Source: Strigamia acuminata
Lineage: Eukaryota
Assembly (NCBI GenBank): GCA_949358305.1
Contig: OX442314.1
Location: 17,546,001 to 17,610,000, forward strand
Direction of reading: 5' to 3'
DNA length: 64,000 bases
Shown here in pieces: positions 60,412-64,000 of the stretch. Each line of letters begins with the position of its first letter. Position 1 is the stretch's first letter. A program made the translations under genes and the position numbers. The notes under the pieces were generated by a model. That model was not told where the DNA came from, did not search any database, and was given only the letters and a program-made list of their open reading frames with translations.

Positions 60412-63400
60412 CTAGACAGATTGCTCCGAATCACCAGTATGCGAAGATAGAAGAATAACAACCGCTTCGTAAGTGGACATCATGATTGCAGTGTTTGGAA
60501 TTTGCCGCACCAACTGCGTCGCCAAACCTCGATACAAACCGCGACACCCTTCCTCCCGCACTACCGTAACTAATGTTTGAAAGAAGCCTTTGTATTTATC
60601 GCCTTCTTGACGTAACCTCGTCCTCGCCACTTCTACAATAATCACAAAAAAAATCGTTAAAGTAACCTCGAATTAAGTTATCTATAATTGCTCAAAGTTC
60701 TACATAAAAACAACACAGATGTATGTTTCGCTCTCAACACAAAAACATAATCATTCGCAGCTGGTTTAGCTGCCATATTGACCGATTGTTGGCATGACAA
60801 CCCATACAATTTATTGATGCGGCTATTTTTTGCAAACTGACCTTAGTTGCAATAAAAAATTAAACTTTAAACGGTGCAGCGGCTAAATCCAAACCGCAAA
60901 TTCCTTTTTCCGCAATCAATTTTAGATTACTTTCGCTTTTGGTGACGTAAATAACTAATGATTCACGATTCTAACATCTGCGTTGTGATAATAGGTATAT
61001 TAACCGTGTGGGTAGGTGATGACTGAAGCACAAGTTTTGGAAAAGGCACCAGCCATCATGTAATCGAGAAAATCTCTAGACGTCTTCTCGCTATTGCAAT
61101 TGCCATTGCGATTCTGCAGCAGCTTAGCTTTGACTGCTTCGTATATCACAAAATGAATAACTGTCTCTGAGACACCGAAGTACGAGGCCGTGATGCCTTT
61201 ATAGAATCCCAATAAACCTTTGGTTTTATAAATGCCACAAATGCAATCGCGTGTTGTTAAGCCTGCAGTTTTGCTGAAAAGGAAACAATAAAAGAAAGAA
61301 GAAAAAATTAACTATTAATAATCGTTTTTTTTTAAAAATTGTTTATTCAATTAATTTTAACTTAATAGTAAATTATTTCCCTTCAAATTTTAAAAGTTTT
61401 TTTATTTTTTTTTTATTACTTATTTTGAATAACTCAAGACGTTTGATATCTTACATGTGAGTGACCTCACGTATGCTCTCTCATCATTTTCTCTCAAATC
61501 TCTTAATTTGTGCCACTGTCAGCCCTACAACCGACCTGGGAGGGAGGGGGAAATGCATAGTTAATGGGGGTACATATATTCATACAATTCACACACCAGA
61601 TATACCACAACTGCGTGTGTGTAAAACGACTGAGTACTCATCAAGGCTCACCATTCTCGACAACATTCCGACTCCACGGCAAGTTGAAGCGAAGAAGAAC
61701 GAATGATCAACTAAAAAGCAGTGTCTATTGCTCGTACATGCACAAATTAAATTATAAAAACTAAAATCTAAAGTACAACACAAGGGTAATCAACGTCATT
61801 ATCATTAATAATCGTCTGATGATGCCATTTTTGGTTTGTCTATTTTTAAAAGCGGAATTACCCTTGAGTTGTCTTGTTTTTCACTGTTGATATTATTATT
61901 ATTATCTCGAGTGAGATTAGACGAAAAAAATGAAAATATGGAAAAACAAAATGTAAAAACATACTTGCCAAAACTGAAGGAAGGGAAGTCAGCAACAAAA
62001 ATAATAAAGAAATGTTTTCTAACCTCTGATCCAACTGCAACCTTGTTTTGACAAACCAAATTGGATTTGTAGCTGTGGAGGCAGCAAAGCCTTGTAATAA
62101 ACAAACAAATTTAAATTAAAAAAAAATATATTATAAACAAAGATAAATATCATTTCGACACAACATTTTGATAAATCGGCACAAACGAACAAGTTGGAAC
62201 TGGTTTGAGTGCTATTTTTAATGTCAAAAAACAAGACAGGATGTAAAGAGTTACACTGTTAACGATTTATGCCAATGGCACTAGACAAATAATAGATTTG
62301 TTGGTATTACACGTGTTAATTATTGCAAAAATACGAAACCCATTTTGAGAAAAGTAATTTCGTTACGTAATCTTTGCTATTAACAGGAAAAATGTGCACG
62401 AATATATTTTTAGAACTGGTTTACCTTACCTGCACATAATGCTGAACACATATGAACTAAAGGTGTGTCGGGTGAAAAACTCTCATTAAAAATCTTTTTT
62501 GCTCTAGAGTACGTGCAAAAATAAATAGCCCTAAAAAGAAATGGGTATGAATTAATTTCGAGGAATAACAATACTTTTTACGAAATATTGATACCTGGAT
62601 GGTGCAACTCCGACCAAATTGGGGCCGAGTCCTTTAAATAAGGCCCTGGGTCCTTCATTTTCAACGATATATCTAAATAAAGAATAAAAACAAATAAACA
62701 AAATTTAGAAACCGTTTTCAAAGTTGCACTTGACTTATCAGTTATTTGTATCAGTAAAATGAGACAAATCTCATTAGATAGCACAACCGAAAGTAAATCA
62801 ATGTGCAAAGTCGAAAACTCGTCATAACTTGTTTATCATTTCATGAACTTGTGTGGAATTTTAAAAAAATTAATTTTTTTAGTCAATTTCATGAGATAAT
62901 ATCGCCAGAATAATTTTGACTAGGTATTTACTTGAGACAACCCCAGATGCTCATCCGAGGAGGAGGTTTCGAGGGTGTTGGCGATGACTGACTTAATTCG
63001 GCATCATAGATCAGCACTTCAGATGACCTCGGCGCAAAAGTACTAAATTCAACCAAAGACTGAGACGCGTGATTCGGATGAACATATACATTATGGAATG
63101 TGGCGACTGTGGACTGAAGACGAGTTTTCACCACCTCAAGTGGACATGTTGCTATTGCACCAGCAGTACCACCAGCACTGAAAAAATAAATAAATAATCG
63201 GTGAAATTAATAAAAATTAAAATTAAAAAAATTAACGAAAAAAATATCAAAATAATATTTTTTTTTATACAAATATTTTTAAACCGACTGCGCACAAACA
63301 TTATGTGCACGCATTTATTCTTCAACTAGCAATTTTCAGGGCTATAATTCACACGCCCTTGGGAGAGCCTATCGACCGATCGCAAATAGATAGTGTGTGT

Positions 63401-63470
63401 TTTGATAAAATACTTTTAAGAGTATTTACCCTCCTGCAATTAGATGAATAATTGTATCTCGTTGAGACAT
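60412..63470 (-). CDS. SLC25A36: Mitochondrial pyrimidine nucleotide carrier SLC25A33/36 (Rim2 ortholog), 7 exons
   Basis: [90 protein letters not shown]. Confidence 0.94.
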
Positions 63471-64000
63471 GCGAAGATCACTCGTTAGTTGCACCTCCAA
63501 CAATAATCGGGTTTAAGAATTGGTTGTATTAAGTTCACGATAACACGTAGAGCTAACAAAGTATGGAGGTTCTGTTGAGGATTGAAGAGGAACTCATTCA
63601 ACACTACCATTGCACGTGATACACGATGGGATTGGTTGCGAAGTAGTACCGTGACTCACGAGAGCGCCAACGATTGGTTGAAATTCAATGGAGTGAATGT
63701 GCACACGTGAAACTTGTTTACGACGTGCTGCCAGCAACTTAGGGACTGTGCTGCCAAACACGTTTGTTTTTAGCTGTTGGATCTATGACAAATCGAACGG
63801 TCAAAGGTTATTTAATACATCGCGTTCGCGATAAGAAATTTGATTATTTTAGAATCGAGACAAATTTCAAAAACAATATTTATGTGTATATAAATATCTG
63901 TGTTTTTAAAAAACAATTTTTTTATTGGCTGATCTAAATTTAGATTTGACCTGCAAATTTACTCTTGACTCCAATTTATATATATTTTTTTTACTTTAAA

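Noticed and set aside
1..64000. CRISPR arrays, tRNA/rRNA genes, prokaryotic operons
   Set aside because: None seen; the DNA is eukaryotic with spliceosomal introns, and the only tRNA-related sequence is the PBS.

Overview
AT-rich animal genomic DNA, probably from an arthropod-type invertebrate (many introns of about 60-70 bp; the species cannot be determined from sequence alone). The first ~41 kb is gene-poor and rich in transposons. It holds one family-B/adhesion/Methuselah-like 7TM receptor exon, several MITEs (one nested in another), a possible solo LTR, a 5'-truncated CR1-like LINE with an intact ORF, and a complete 12.5-kb Ty3/Gypsy LTR retrotransposon whose 528-bp LTRs look identical by eye. 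That retroelement is the most unusual object. It has Gag and Pol joined by a -1 frameshift heptamer plus pseudoknot; a ~400-aa insert with five AT-hook-like motifs between RNase H and integrase; an A36 tract fused to the pol stop; a third 934-aa ORF that does not look like Env but carries a DnaJ-type CxxCxGxG zinc-finger pair and a coiled coil; and asymmetric TGT...ACT LTR ends. The last ~23 kb is a compact housekeeping cluster: two tandem synaptobrevin/VAMP paralogs (one with a diverged SNARE motif, both with candidate alternative C-terminal exons), ATAD3, ILKAP, EFHD2/swiprosin and SLC25A33/36 (with a candidate poison exon). All calls were made by eye; no database searches or folding programs were run.
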